From Candidatus Kryptoniota bacterium (GTDB taxonomy: Bacteria > Bacteroidota > Ignavibacteria > Kryptoniales > JAKASW01): DNA of 64,000 nucleotides. Under the pieces are notes generated by a model, which worked only from the letters and a program-made list of their open reading frames with translations, ran no database searches and had not been told where the DNA came from. Each line of letters starts with the position of its first letter. Within the stretch, counting starts at the first letter, position 1. The DNA lies in assembly GCA_046706365.1 (NCBI GenBank), contig JBJKPN010000185.1:1113-65112 (forward strand), written 5' to 3'. Position numbers and translations under genes: made by a program. Shown in pieces: positions 52,388-63,473 of the stretch.

Positions 52388-53708
52388 CGCAGAGTTCCTT
52401 CACCTTGCCCGCTACTGAGGCTGAGGCTCCGAGGTGCATGCTCACGAAGCTTTTTGCAATATCACCCGCATTTTTTCTCGCCGCGGCATCCTCGACCATC
52501 CTGGTGAGTACCCTGTAAGCGGCCGCCGAATCCTTGACGAAGAACAAAGCTCCGGTTTGCATCAGCTGTATCGCTTCGTCCGAACGTTCTATCCTCGGGC
52601 CTGTAATTACCGGGATGCCGTAAACTGCCGGTTCAAGAACGTTGTGAACACCCGCCCCGAACCCGCCTCCGACATAAGCGACATCACCCAATACATAAAG
52701 TTGCGACAGGATCCCAACCCTGTCGACTATGAGAAACGAAAAACGGTTGTCTCCATTGTTCATTTCCGACATTACTCTTGCAGTGGGGAATTGTTCCCTG
52801 AGACGCCCCACCTCTTCAGTAGTCGGCTCGTGCGGGACCATTAGCACGGTCAGCGACGCAAATTTCTTCAGAAGCCTGTTCAACCCTGGAGCCAGGACGT
52901 CCGTGTCCTGACGCCACGTGCTGCCGAGAACCACGACAATCCGATCGGGGCCGTCGATTGTGAACGGGATTCTCGCAGCTATATTATTTGCGGCCTTACG
53001 GTTGTAAACCCTGTCAAATCGCGTATCTCCCACAACTACTGCTTTTTCCGAACCAAGAAAGAAATCGAACATTTTCTTGTGTTCCGAAGTAGTTGTCAGT
53101 ATCATGTCGGTCAGAGTATAAAGATCGCGAAAGAATTTCTTCAAAAAGTCGGGCCTTTGAAATAACTTCACCGGGAAAGTAGCATCTGCCAGGACTATTT
53201 TGGCCCCGAATTTTTTCGCCGCAATCAGATGGTTCAGCCACAAATCGTATCTCATTACCACAAAGACCGAGGGCTTGACTATATCGACGAATCTCCTGGC
53301 GTTCTGAATCGTATCGAGGGGAATGTAAGTCACGGCATCCGCGTGAGGATAGCTCTTCGAAAACTCATACCCCGATGGAGAGAAAAGCGAAACGACAATA
53401 TTGTAGCCGTCTTCTTTGAGTATTTCTATGATGGGTTTGGCCTGTTCGAATTCACCGAATGACGAAGCATGGAACCAGATTCTCTTGCCTTCAGGAACAC
53501 CCGACATCTTCTTTCTGAGCTCCCCAAACAGATTCTTTCTCCCCTTGAGCCCGCGCTTAGTCTTGTTGTTGAACAGGGAACTCACGAAAAAGAATAGATA
53601 CATCATACCTACGAAGACGTAGGAATACAGGAACCGTGCCCCCGCGGATATCGTATTTACCTTTTGCTCAGCCACGACTCCGGATCCTGTTTTCTCGTGT
53701 TCACCCAC
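52380..53708 (-). CDS. waaA: 3-deoxy-D-manno-octulosonic acid (Kdo) transferase
   Basis: N-terminal TM helix followed by RIWFHASSFGEFEQAKPIIE and a C-terminal GT-B region (GGGFG..GVHNVLEPA..G.PVI.GP). The start is uncertain: GTG 53708 (52-nt overlap) or GTG 53678. Confidence 0.8.
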   Translation of the reverse strand: MGEHEKTGSGVVAEQKVNTISAGARFLYSYVFVGMMYLFFFVSSLFNNKTKRGLKGRKNLFGELRKKMSGVPEGKRIWFHASSFGEFEQAKPIIEILKEDGYNIVVSLFSPSGYEFSKSYPHADAVTYIPLDTIQNARRFVDIVKPSVFVVMRYDLWLNHLIAAKKFGAKIVLADATFPVKLFQRPDFLKKFFRDLYTLTDMILTTTSEHKKMFDFFLGSEKAVVVGDTRFDRVYNRKAANNIAARIPFTIDGPDRIVVVLGSTWRQDTDVLAPGLNRLLKKFASLTVLMVPHEPTTEEVGRLREQFPTARVMSEMNNGDNRFSFLIVDRVGILSQLYVLGDVAYVGGGFGAGVHNVLEPAVYGIPVITGPRIERSDEAIQLMQTGALFFVKDSAAAYRVLTRMVEDAAARKNAGDIAKSFVSMHLGASASVAGKVKELCGE

Positions 53709-54877
53709 ACTTCAAAATGCAGGATCGACCCGCCAAGCGATTCGCCCACAGTTCCGATAGGTTCTCCCGCTTTCACAATGTCCCCCTCCTTCACAAATAT
53801 ATCCGACAGATGTGAGTAGACGGTCCTGAGACCGTTGTAGTTGTTTATGATCAGCAGGTTTCCGTAAGAAGGCAGCCAGAAAATCCTGGACACCTGTCCG
53901 TCAGCCACGCTTCTCACCTGAGTGTTTTCAGGAACGGCGATGTCGATGCCATAGTTCAAGGTTACGGTTTTCAAAATCGGATTTTCATGCTCGCCGAAAT
54001 TAGCCACGACCCTGCCCCCGCTGACAGGCCATGGTAGGCGTCCCCTCAAAGTCGCAAGACTCCCGTGATACACGTCGGAGGGATTCTCCGGCGATCGGGC
54101 TGTCCCGTTCCTGCCGGCACTCTTCCTGCCCGCCTCGGCCGCTATGAGACCTTGAATTAACCGCTCAAGGTCCGCCGCAGCGTTCTTCGATCTCTTCAAC
54201 TGCTCGCCATATACTTTTTTGTCTCGTCGAAGTCTTCCGATAAGTCGGCGATGCTCGACAATCCTCGAGGCCAGAAGTCTTTCTTCAGATCTCTTCCGGC
54301 CGAGGTACGACTGCTGCTTCCCGAGTTTGTCGTGAAGCTGGTTTTCCAGGTCGGAGAGCCTCGCCTTTTCCGAACTTATGGAATTCAAATCGATTCTCGT
54401 CTGATCGGAGAATTTCTTGAGATATTCATATCTGACCAGCATTTCGTTAACGGAGGAAGCGCCGACTATCAACTCCAGGTCATGCATTCTTCCCTGCTCA
54501 TAGAAACCTCTCGCGAATCTGGAATATTCCGACTTGAGGTCCTCAAGTTTGGATGAGGCATCCGCTATTTTCTTTTCCACTCCGTCGATCTGATGTGAAT
54601 TTGCCGACATCTCATCGGAAATCTTCTTGATGGACTGTCTCGTTTTCAGGTTCTGCCTTTCCAGACGGTCAAGAGTTCCAAGAGAGATAGACTCCTTCTT
54701 GTCGCTTTCCGCCAGCTTACGCTCGTAAAGCTTGATGTTGCCGCGAAGTTTGTTGAGTTCCTGCTTCTTCGTGTTGATTTTGCGTTTATTCTGACCGTAG
54801 GAAGCCGGTGCAGCCGACAAAGCCAGACAGCAAAGCATGAGTGCCGAAGCACTAATATAAAATAACTTTCTTCGCAT
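53657..54877 (-). CDS. M23-family peptidase with N-terminal coiled coil (EnvC-like murein hydrolase activator)
   Basis: 406 aa. Signal peptide, a long coiled-coil region, and a C-terminal LytM/M23 domain (GIDIAVPENT.V.SVADG.V......YGN.LII.H..G..TVYSHL). Confidence 0.8.
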   Translation of the reverse strand: MRRKLFYISASALMLCCLALSAAPASYGQNKRKINTKKQELNKLRGNIKLYERKLAESDKKESISLGTLDRLERQNLKTRQSIKKISDEMSANSHQIDGVEKKIADASSKLEDLKSEYSRFARGFYEQGRMHDLELIVGASSVNEMLVRYEYLKKFSDQTRIDLNSISSEKARLSDLENQLHDKLGKQQSYLGRKRSEERLLASRIVEHRRLIGRLRRDKKVYGEQLKRSKNAAADLERLIQGLIAAEAGRKSAGRNGTARSPENPSDVYHGSLATLRGRLPWPVSGGRVVANFGEHENPILKTVTLNYGIDIAVPENTQVRSVADGQVSRIFWLPSYGNLLIINNYNGLRTVYSHLSDIFVKEGDIVKAGEPIGTVGESLGGSILHFEVWVNTRKQDPESWLSKR

Positions 54878-55613
54878 CAGGCGGAACAGTGAAATCGGCT
54901 CTTTCTTTGTGATTCAAACTGATATCTTGATAAAAGAGTTTTGCAGAGATGCCGCGCCTCATATCCTGAAACGAGACGCTCCTCGGAAAATACATATCGT
55001 CGACACTTGTGAAGTCAGAGTACCCGATCTTCAATATCGTTTCACCGTCAACCAGTTTCTCGTAGGTCCGCGTGCGCATATAATTTCCGTCAATCGTATA
55101 CTTCTCAACTGTGTCATCATTCACGTAGGTGTAATTCGCCATGTCCCCTGCAGAGTGCGAAATGTAGTGAGGATCGTCGAGATGACTGACGGGGGTCATC
55201 AGATCCAACAGGAGATCCGTCAGGGAAGCTCCGTTCGAGGCAATCATCAGGAGATTCCGGAGATTGTCCTCGGTGGGACGGGCGACATAGATCTCGTTCC
55301 GCATGCTGTTGTAAACCAGGAGCGAATCCGCGGTCAGCTTCACCTGCATCACCTTTATGCCGAACGGTCCGTAGAGACTGACGTACGCGAAAGACGGCCG
55401 GCGAACAGAAAGATCGAACCTTGCGCTGTATGCCCCGTCTTTTGTTTCGAAATTCCCGTAGCCGCTCGAGTGGAAATACTTCAGTGATCGGGACTGGCTC
55501 TCGATATTCCGGGCGACCTGCTCGGCAGATACATCCGTAAGATTTATGTATGAGGTCGTGGCACACCCGGCAAGAATGACGGCCGCTGCCGCTAGGAGAA
55601 GAAGGCGGTTCAA
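54852..55613 (-). CDS. lipoprotein, DUF4292/LolB-like (tentative)
   Basis: 253 aa with the lipobox VILAGC. The beta-rich body and the TPR/DUF4292/M23 gene order are common in FCB-group genomes. Confidence 0.55.
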   Translation of the reverse strand: MNRLLLLAAAAVILAGCATTSYINLTDVSAEQVARNIESQSRSLKYFHSSGYGNFETKDGAYSARFDLSVRRPSFAYVSLYGPFGIKVMQVKLTADSLLVYNSMRNEIYVARPTEDNLRNLLMIASNGASLTDLLLDLMTPVSHLDDPHYISHSAGDMANYTYVNDDTVEKYTIDGNYMRTRTYEKLVDGETILKIGYSDFTSVDDMYFPRSVSFQDMRRGISAKLFYQDISLNHKERADFTVPPDAKKVILY

Positions 55614-57391
55614 ATCTTCACTTTCTCAATCTTCTTTTTAAGAGATTCATCCTTTGGGGTCAGCTCAAGGGCTTTCTTCCAATGGCTCACCGCCTCTTCC
55701 TGATTTCCAAGCTTCTCATATATGTCTCCGAGATGTTCCTCCAGTGTCGCCGGTGATCCGTCGGACGGCTTCCGCAGCGACAGCGCCTTCTTGACGTACA
55801 TCTCGGCTTTCTTGTAGTCTGCCAGTTTGAAATAGACCCATCCCATCGTATCCAGATAAGCACTGTTTCCGGGATCAAGCGTAACCGCCTCCTTTGCCAT
55901 CTTGAGCGCCTTCTCCAGGTCTATCCCTCTTTCGGAAAGGCTGTAGGCATAATTGTTCAGGATGAGAGCGTTCTTTGCGTCGACCTTCAGTGCTGTCTCG
56001 TAGACTCTATCGGCATCGTTGTACCTGTTCAGGGATTCATATACCAGCGCGAGAGTGCTTAACGCATCCATATTCGTCGGCTTGAGAGACACGGCTTCCT
56101 CAAGCGGCTTAATCGCGCGGGCATTGTCCCCTGCCTGATTAAGAGCAAGACCGTAAAACAAGTTTATGTTGAAGTCATTCGGGAAAATCTGAACCGCCCT
56201 CGCCATCGCATCCACCATCTTTTTGAATTCACTGTTCTGATAGTAGAAAACCGCAATTGCGTTCCATGCGTTCAGGTTTGTCGAATCGAGCGACACCGAC
56301 TTCTGCAGGTAATTCTCCGCGATGGAATCCTTATTCTCGTATGACGCTCCCAGGCCCGCCATCAAATATGACCTCGGATCATTGGGATACAGTTTCAACA
56401 GCCTTTGGAAAATCTGGCCGGCGAACGGCGCCACCGCCGAATCCTGCCGCATTTCGTCGAGATAGAATTGCCCGATTGCGAATTTCGCGTCCGCCCTGCT
56501 GGAATCCGAAGTAAAAATTGTATCGAGCAGGCTGTCGGCGTGAACAAAATCCTTCATACGGAGATACGCAGTCGCGGCAAGTGCCTTCAGGTTGAAATCA
56601 CCGGGAGCAGCTTTGATTAACCCATCCAGTATGGTCACGGCGCGCGAATTATCGCCCGTCTGTAAGTACAGCCTCGCGAGCATTTCAGTCAATTTGGAAT
56701 TCCCGGGGTCAACGCGGATCATTTCCTTCACGACACGGATCGAGTTGTCGTATTGCCCGGCCGAGTTGTATAACTGAACAAGCTGCATCATCGTCGGAAG
56801 GTCCGGCCCGGTGAATTCCAGAGCTCTTTCGTAGAGCTTCGCCGCTTCGTTAGGATTATCCTTCTGATACAGCTGCGCCAGGATCAACATGTCGCCTACC
56901 TGGGTGCTGTCTATCGAGAGGATCTTTGCAAACTGAATCCTGGCGCTGTCAAGGTTAAAGACAGAGAGGTAAGCCTGGGCGAGAGTTCTCCGATAGTTGA
57001 TGTTGTCCGGACTGAGAGCGACGGCCTGCTGTGCCTCGCTTATCCCGGTATTTGACTTTCCGAGTCTCACATAATCCTGAGCCATTGCATCGAGAATGGA
57101 AGCCGACTTGTAATAGCGAAGCGCTTCCTGGTAGTCAAGAATTGCGTTCGCATAATCGCCGAGCACATCGTTCACGTTGCCGTCTATGAAGTGATCCATG
57201 GCTGCCCGGTAATTCGGATTAGTTGCGATCAAATCCGGTTGTGTATCGATTTCGGGATTTGGTTTGAGCGTTTCCTTGGTTGCAGAACAGCCGCCAAGCG
57301 CAAATGTGGATACGACTAGTGCAACGACAGCAAATTTATACACAATTTCTCCTCTTCGGGTAAATTTAAGTTTGGAGGGGATTCCAAACAA
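55610..57391 (-). CDS. tetratricopeptide-repeat (TPR) lipoprotein
   Basis: 593 aa with the lipobox FALGGC and more than 10 TPR-like 34-aa repeats (A..Y...G.....A...). Confidence 0.75.
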   Translation of the reverse strand: MFGIPSKLKFTRRGEIVYKFAVVALVVSTFALGGCSATKETLKPNPEIDTQPDLIATNPNYRAAMDHFIDGNVNDVLGDYANAILDYQEALRYYKSASILDAMAQDYVRLGKSNTGISEAQQAVALSPDNINYRRTLAQAYLSVFNLDSARIQFAKILSIDSTQVGDMLILAQLYQKDNPNEAAKLYERALEFTGPDLPTMMQLVQLYNSAGQYDNSIRVVKEMIRVDPGNSKLTEMLARLYLQTGDNSRAVTILDGLIKAAPGDFNLKALAATAYLRMKDFVHADSLLDTIFTSDSSRADAKFAIGQFYLDEMRQDSAVAPFAGQIFQRLLKLYPNDPRSYLMAGLGASYENKDSIAENYLQKSVSLDSTNLNAWNAIAVFYYQNSEFKKMVDAMARAVQIFPNDFNINLFYGLALNQAGDNARAIKPLEEAVSLKPTNMDALSTLALVYESLNRYNDADRVYETALKVDAKNALILNNYAYSLSERGIDLEKALKMAKEAVTLDPGNSAYLDTMGWVYFKLADYKKAEMYVKKALSLRKPSDGSPATLEEHLGDIYEKLGNQEEAVSHWKKALELTPKDESLKKKIEKVKI

Positions 57392-57430
57392 GAAAGGAAA
57401 AAAGGCACGAAGAAGAATTCTCCGCCCGGG

Positions 57431-57840
57431 TTATGCGCCGCCGGCTATCCTGAGTCGGTTGATCGCCCGCGCCAGAGCAGCCCGGGCCCTAACCATATCC
57501 GTTCCCTGTTCCTTCTTCTGAATCCTGTCTTCGGCGCGCGTCCTGGCGGCCGTCGCTCTCTTCACGTCGATCTCGCCCTTTTTCTCGGCGGTATCCGCGA
57601 GAAAGATCACATTGTTGTTATTTACCTCGACGAAGCCGCCGCTCGTCGCGTAGACAGATTCATCACCGGCCTGATCGATAAACCTCACCTCGCCGACGGT
57701 GATGGACGACAAAAGAGGAGCGTGATTATGCAGCACCTGGAATGCGCCGACGGTGCCCGGCACGGTGAAGGATTCCACCGCACCTGAAAACACACTTTTC
57801 CGGGGAGTAACTATTTCCAAACTGAAGACATTCTCCGCCA

Positions 57841-57841
<1 letters not shown>
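57431..57841 (-). CDS. atpC: F0F1 ATP synthase subunit epsilon
   Basis: The start is at MAENVFSLEIVTP, whose ATG shares its A with the atpD TGA stop. VESFTVPG..G.FQVL.NHAPL.S is the epsilon signature. Confidence 0.85.
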
Positions 57842-59319
<1,478 letters not shown>

Positions 59320-59443
59320 CTATGGCGAAGTACATCCCCCGATTTCGCGGCTATTCTGTCCGTGAAAATCTTTTCATTCAATTTTAATTGCCGGTTCATG
59401 CGATCGTTACAATATTGATCGCAGAAAAAAGGAGAACGATATA

Positions 59444-60982
59444 ATGGCTGAGTTAATTAAAAGGAAAATTTTTTATGGAATTGGAGCTCTCGGTTTAATC
59501 GCAGGCCTTTTTATCCTCACAATGGGCCTGACATACGGTAAAATCGGGGACACAGCCAAGCACGTCAAACTAGGGGCAGAAAAGCCGCCTATCACTCAAA
59601 TGTCTCCCGCCGTCGAGCAACTGAGCAACGCATTCATTTCAGTTGCCAGGGCGGTCACACCGGCAGTCGTCCAGATAAAAGTCACATCCACTCCGCAGGC
59701 GGTCAATGTACCGAATGACGGAGGTTCCCAGAATGGAAATCTGTTCAAGTTCTTTTTCGGACCGAATTTCCCGTTTCACAATTTCAACATGCCGAATCCG
59801 AAGCCGGAACCAGAGGTTGCTCTCGGATCAGGTATAATAGTCAATCCTGACGGCTACATCATTACAAATAATCACGTCGTACAGGGAGCAGACCATGACG
59901 GGATCAAAGTAACCCTGCTCAACAGAAGGACCTACAGGGCGAAGCTAATCGGCAGGGATCCGACGACAGACATAGCGGTAATCAAGATTGACGGGCATGA
60001 CCTACCATACGTTTCGCTTGGAAATTCGGACAGCGTTCATGTAGGTGAATGGGTTGTCGCAATCGGCAATCCGTTTGGGTTGGACTACACTGTAACCCAG
60101 GGAATCGTAAGTGCGCTCGGAAGGAATATCAACATTATACGGAATAAATACGGTATCGAAGATTTCATCCAGACCGACGCGGTCATCAACCCCGGAAACA
60201 GCGGCGGCCCGCTCGTCAACATGCATGGGCAGGTGGTGGGAATCAACACTGCAATCGCCACCAACACCGGTTCGTACGAGGGCTATGGTTTCGCAATTCC
60301 GATAAACATCGCCAAGGAGGTCGCAACTGATCTCATCGAACACGGCAAAGTAGTACGGCCCTACATCGGCGTCGAAATCCAGGATATCGACCAAACAATG
60401 GCAAAAGCCCTCGGAATGAAGACGGCACACGGAGTCATAGTGCAATCGGTCGAGAGCAATTCACCCGCTGAGAAGGCAGGAATCAAGTCCGGCGATGTCA
60501 TTCTGAAATTCGACGGTTCAGAGATCGAACATGGAAATCAGCTGCAGGCGCTGGTGGCGTCCAAGCAGCCCGGTGACAAGGTCACTATTGAGATATTGCG
60601 CGACGGAAAGAGAGAAGATAAGACCGTCGTTCTCGAAGCGCGCAGCGGCGCCCAGTTTGCATTGACGACAACATCATCGTCAAGCTCGACCGACCTCAAC
60701 TCACTCGGTCTGAACGTCCAGACTGCCGATAAGGCGACGGCCGAAAAATACGGCAAGAAATACGGCGTCGTCGTTACCGGAGTGACGCCCGGCAGCGAAG
60801 CCGAGAATCGCGGTATACAGAAAGGCGATTTGATAACGAGCGTGGATAATCAGCCCATAAAGAACTCGGATGAGCTCGAGAAGATGGTCGAAGCTCACAA
60901 GCCGGGCGATGCTCTCCTGTTCAGGGTAACCACGTCGTCCAAAGTAAGCGCATACCTGGCACTCGAGATACCGCGCAAGTAA
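59444..60982 (+). CDS. htrA: periplasmic serine endoprotease DegP/HtrA family (trypsin domain + 2 PDZ)
   Basis: 512 aa with AAGGAG as the SD. Catalytic triad context (TNNHVV, D..TDIAV, GNSGGPL) and two PDZ domains. Confidence 0.9.
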   Translation: MAELIKRKIFYGIGALGLIAGLFILTMGLTYGKIGDTAKHVKLGAEKPPITQMSPAVEQLSNAFISVARAVTPAVVQIKVTSTPQAVNVPNDGGSQNGNLFKFFFGPNFPFHNFNMPNPKPEPEVALGSGIIVNPDGYIITNNHVVQGADHDGIKVTLLNRRTYRAKLIGRDPTTDIAVIKIDGHDLPYVSLGNSDSVHVGEWVVAIGNPFGLDYTVTQGIVSALGRNINIIRNKYGIEDFIQTDAVINPGNSGGPLVNMHGQVVGINTAIATNTGSYEGYGFAIPINIAKEVATDLIEHGKVVRPYIGVEIQDIDQTMAKALGMKTAHGVIVQSVESNSPAEKAGIKSGDVILKFDGSEIEHGNQLQALVASKQPGDKVTIEILRDGKREDKTVVLEARSGAQFALTTTSSSSSTDLNSLGLNVQTADKATAEKYGKKYGVVVTGVTPGSEAENRGIQKGDLITSVDNQPIKNSDELEKMVEAHKPGDALLFRVTTSSKVSAYLALEIPRK

Positions 60983-61007
60983 GTTTTGCTCCACTCCCCC
61001 AATAAGA

Positions 61008-61050
61008 GGAAGACGGCTCAGCCATACGGCGGCCGCCTTCCCTTTTTTTT
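61008..61050 (+). terminator. intrinsic terminator after htrA (possibly bidirectional)
   Basis: GGAAGACGGC-(14-nt loop)-GCCGCCTTCC (10 bp with one mismatch), followed by C and T8. It lies 26 nt after the htrA stop. On the other strand it is preceded by A8 and lies 55 nt after the DUF971 stop. Confidence 0.65.
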
Positions 61051-61104
61051 ACGAAGGATCTTACCCTGTCGTTTTAATGAACCCCGGATCGGAAACTGTT
61101 GCCG

Positions 61105-61464
61105 TCAGCTAACGTTCTCGCGCTTGCCTGCACCGCTGTTATCGGTGTCGGTCTTTCTGTCGTATTCCCCGCATAATTTTCTGAGATAATCGAAGGCATA
61201 CATTCCCGTGTTGTGACCGTCAAGCCAGGTCAACGCGATCGCATAGTTGCCGATTATCTCCGCTGCCTTCAGATTGTATTTGCCCGGAGTCAGTATCTGA
61301 AGCGGGGAGGGCTTGTACTCTTTCCAAAGCACCGTCTCACCGGCACATGAGGCACACGGACATTTGTCACGAAGGTATTTCATGGTCAGACTGAATTCGC
61401 TTCCGTCGTCCCATTTTATGAAGATCTCGTCATCGTTCAGTTTCTTAAACTGGGCTGGATACAT
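61105..61464 (-). CDS. DUF971 family protein (gamma-butyrobetaine-hydroxylase N-terminal-like)
   Basis: 119 aa. The sequence ...IKWDDGSEFSLTMKYLRDKCPCASC......L.W.DGH.TG.Y....L matches the DUF971 pattern. Confidence 0.7.
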   Translation of the reverse strand: MYPAQFKKLNDDEIFIKWDDGSEFSLTMKYLRDKCPCASCAGETVLWKEYKPSPLQILTPGKYNLKAAEIIGNYAIALTWLDGHNTGMYAFDYLRKLCGEYDRKTDTDNSGAGKRENVS

Positions 61465-61548
61465 ATCAGGTCCCCTGTCAGAAAAACAAGCCGCAGATTA
61501 GCAGAGGTGTCTGTCGCCTCCGTTTGGCTGCGGCTCAATTACTCGTTT

Positions 61549-62076
61549 TTAATGTTTCGAAGTGAGCATTGCCAATTCGTCGATCACCTGCTTGGCGTGA
61601 ATCTTGGGATCTACATCCCGGTAAATCTTTACGATCCTGCCTTCCGGGTTTATCAGAAATGTAACTCTGTTGGCCATGTCCCACTTCTTGTTGTAAACGC
61701 CGTACTCGCTTACCACCTTGTGATGAGGGTCCGCGAGCAGAAGAAAATTGAGAGCGTACTTTTTGATGAAAGCCTTATGCGATTTAACAGTCTGAACACT
61801 TACGCCGACTATTTTCGCACCGAACTTCGTAATCGCGGAGACGTGATCCCTGAAATTACAGGCCTCCGTCGTGCATCCCGGTGTTTCGTCTTTCGGATAA
61901 AAATACAGGACCACATACTGACCTCTGAACTGATTCAGAGAATGCATATGGCCGTCGCTCCCTCTCAAAGTGAAATTCGGAGCCATCTCTCCGGCCTTGA
62001 GGGTGACCTTCGCGCTGGCGCTTACTGCCACGCCCAGCAGGATCATCAACAAGGGCGACAAGAATCTTTTCAACAT
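61549..62076 (-). CDS. bcp: thiol peroxidase / peroxiredoxin, Bcp type, with signal peptide
   Basis: 175 aa. The active site YFYPKDETPGCTTEAC is preceded by the N-terminal signal MLKRFLSPLLMILLGVAVSASA. Confidence 0.85.
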   Translation of the reverse strand: MLKRFLSPLLMILLGVAVSASAKVTLKAGEMAPNFTLRGSDGHMHSLNQFRGQYVVLYFYPKDETPGCTTEACNFRDHVSAITKFGAKIVGVSVQTVKSHKAFIKKYALNFLLLADPHHKVVSEYGVYNKKWDMANRVTFLINPEGRIVKIYRDVDPKIHAKQVIDELAMLTSKH

Positions 62077-62089
62077 TTCTTCCTCCTCT

Positions 62090-62836
62090 TTATTTGAAAT
62101 ACAAATGACGCAGTTTTCGGTTCAGGTCGAATCCGAAAAAGTCGTCACCGTTAAAATCAAAATCGGCTTTGCTCTCGTATCCGAGCCAATTCCAGTTTTC
62201 CACCACCTTGTCCCGTTCGTCGGGCAAAAGCTCGTTGAATTCAATAACAAAGTTACTGAATTCGGGGTGCCCGTCGTATTTGTCCGGGTTTACGACGGCG
62301 AAGGCTCTCCGCGTCGACCTTACATCCTCCACTGTCTCCTGCGGCAGACCCGCCGTTCTAATTTGACCGTCCCCGTTCGAAAGACTGATCGAATGCGTCT
62401 TCACAAAGCTCCCTTCGTCGAAGACATCGATTACAGCGGTAGGGGCAATACGGGAGACCTTGAGCAGAAAATCGAGGACCAGGAACGCATTAAGCTCGTT
62501 GTCTGCCACCCTCGTGAAGCCGCTCGCCACCATATTATCCTCATATCCGCCGCGCTTCACGATGATCATTCCCCTTCTCTCCAGCTCGTTCACCATTTCC
62601 ACTTCGGAATAGCCCGCCTCCCGTAGCTGGGTGAACCTCTTTCTTATGCCGGCAACGTCATGCCCGATCGAATCGTAATTCGGGAAGACAAGAAACCTCC
62701 TCAGATCTATCTTGCCGCCGGTCCAGAAGAATTCAGAGTTATACCAATTCTGAAGCGACCGAATCGATTCCCACTCGTCGTCCGATATGAAATTGCTGCC
62801 GTCATCCGGTATCCGATAGAAGATTTTTCTTGCCAT
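62090..62836 (-). CDS. hypothetical protein (248 aa, soluble)
   Basis: Protein-like composition. Tightly packed between ribE (1-nt gap) and bcp (13-nt gap). No motif recognised. Confidence 0.5.
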   Translation of the reverse strand: MARKIFYRIPDDGSNFISDDEWESIRSLQNWYNSEFFWTGGKIDLRRFLVFPNYDSIGHDVAGIRKRFTQLREAGYSEVEMVNELERRGMIIVKRGGYEDNMVASGFTRVADNELNAFLVLDFLLKVSRIAPTAVIDVFDEGSFVKTHSISLSNGDGQIRTAGLPQETVEDVRSTRRAFAVVNPDKYDGHPEFSNFVIEFNELLPDERDKVVENWNWLGYESKADFDFNGDDFFGFDLNRKLRHLYFK

Positions 62837-62837
62837 T

Positions 62838-63428
62838 TTACTTTTTCAAAATGCTCTCGACATACTTTGCCAGCATGTCGATTTCGATGTTGACTTCGCT
62901 TCCGACCCGGAGGAATTTGAACACGGTATTCTCGAAGGTGTGAGGAATTATGGCGACACGAAAGCCATCTGTGAGTTTTTCCGCGACCGTCAGACTCACT
63001 CCGTTGGCCGCTATGCTTCCCACCGGGATCACGTACTTCATCAGGTTTTTCGGTATTCGAAATGTGTACATCCTGCTCAAAGGAAGTTTCTCTATCGAAA
63101 CGACTTTCCCTTTGGCATCGACGTGCCCCTGCACAATGTGGCCGCCGAGTCTGTCGGAGAGTCTGACCGCACGTTCGAGATTCAAACGGTCACCCGACTT
63201 GTAACTGCCGAGCGTCGTTTTCTTGATGGTTTCTTCGACCGCTTCAACCGATACCTTTCCTTTGCTTCTTTCAACAACCGTCAGGCATACTCCGTTCACT
63301 GCCAGACTGTCGCCAATTTTCAAATCTTGTGCAACCAGACTGCAGCCGATGCGGAATTTTCTTGCTCCATGTCCTGCATTTTTCACTTCGTCGATCGTGC
63401 CGACTTCTTCAATGATTCCGGTAAACAT
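62838..63428 (-). CDS. ribE: riboflavin synthase (alpha chain)
   Basis: The start is at MFTGIIEEVGTI. The internal duplication (GDSLAVNGVCLTV / GSIAANGVSLTV) is diagnostic of riboflavin synthase. Confidence 0.9.
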   Translation of the reverse strand: MFTGIIEEVGTIDEVKNAGHGARKFRIGCSLVAQDLKIGDSLAVNGVCLTVVERSKGKVSVEAVEETIKKTTLGSYKSGDRLNLERAVRLSDRLGGHIVQGHVDAKGKVVSIEKLPLSRMYTFRIPKNLMKYVIPVGSIAANGVSLTVAEKLTDGFRVAIIPHTFENTVFKFLRVGSEVNIEIDMLAKYVESILKK

Positions 63429-63473
63429 GTTGCGATTCTCCAAGAGAAGGCTTCTGAATTAAACGGGATTCCA

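Noticed and set aside
59399-59423. 7-bp inverted repeat TGCGATC-N11-GATCGCA enclosing a TACAAT hexamer upstream of htrA
   Set aside because: This could be an operator over a -10 element, but I found no acceptable -35 at 16-18 nt, and the repeat is short. It is too weak to report as a feature.
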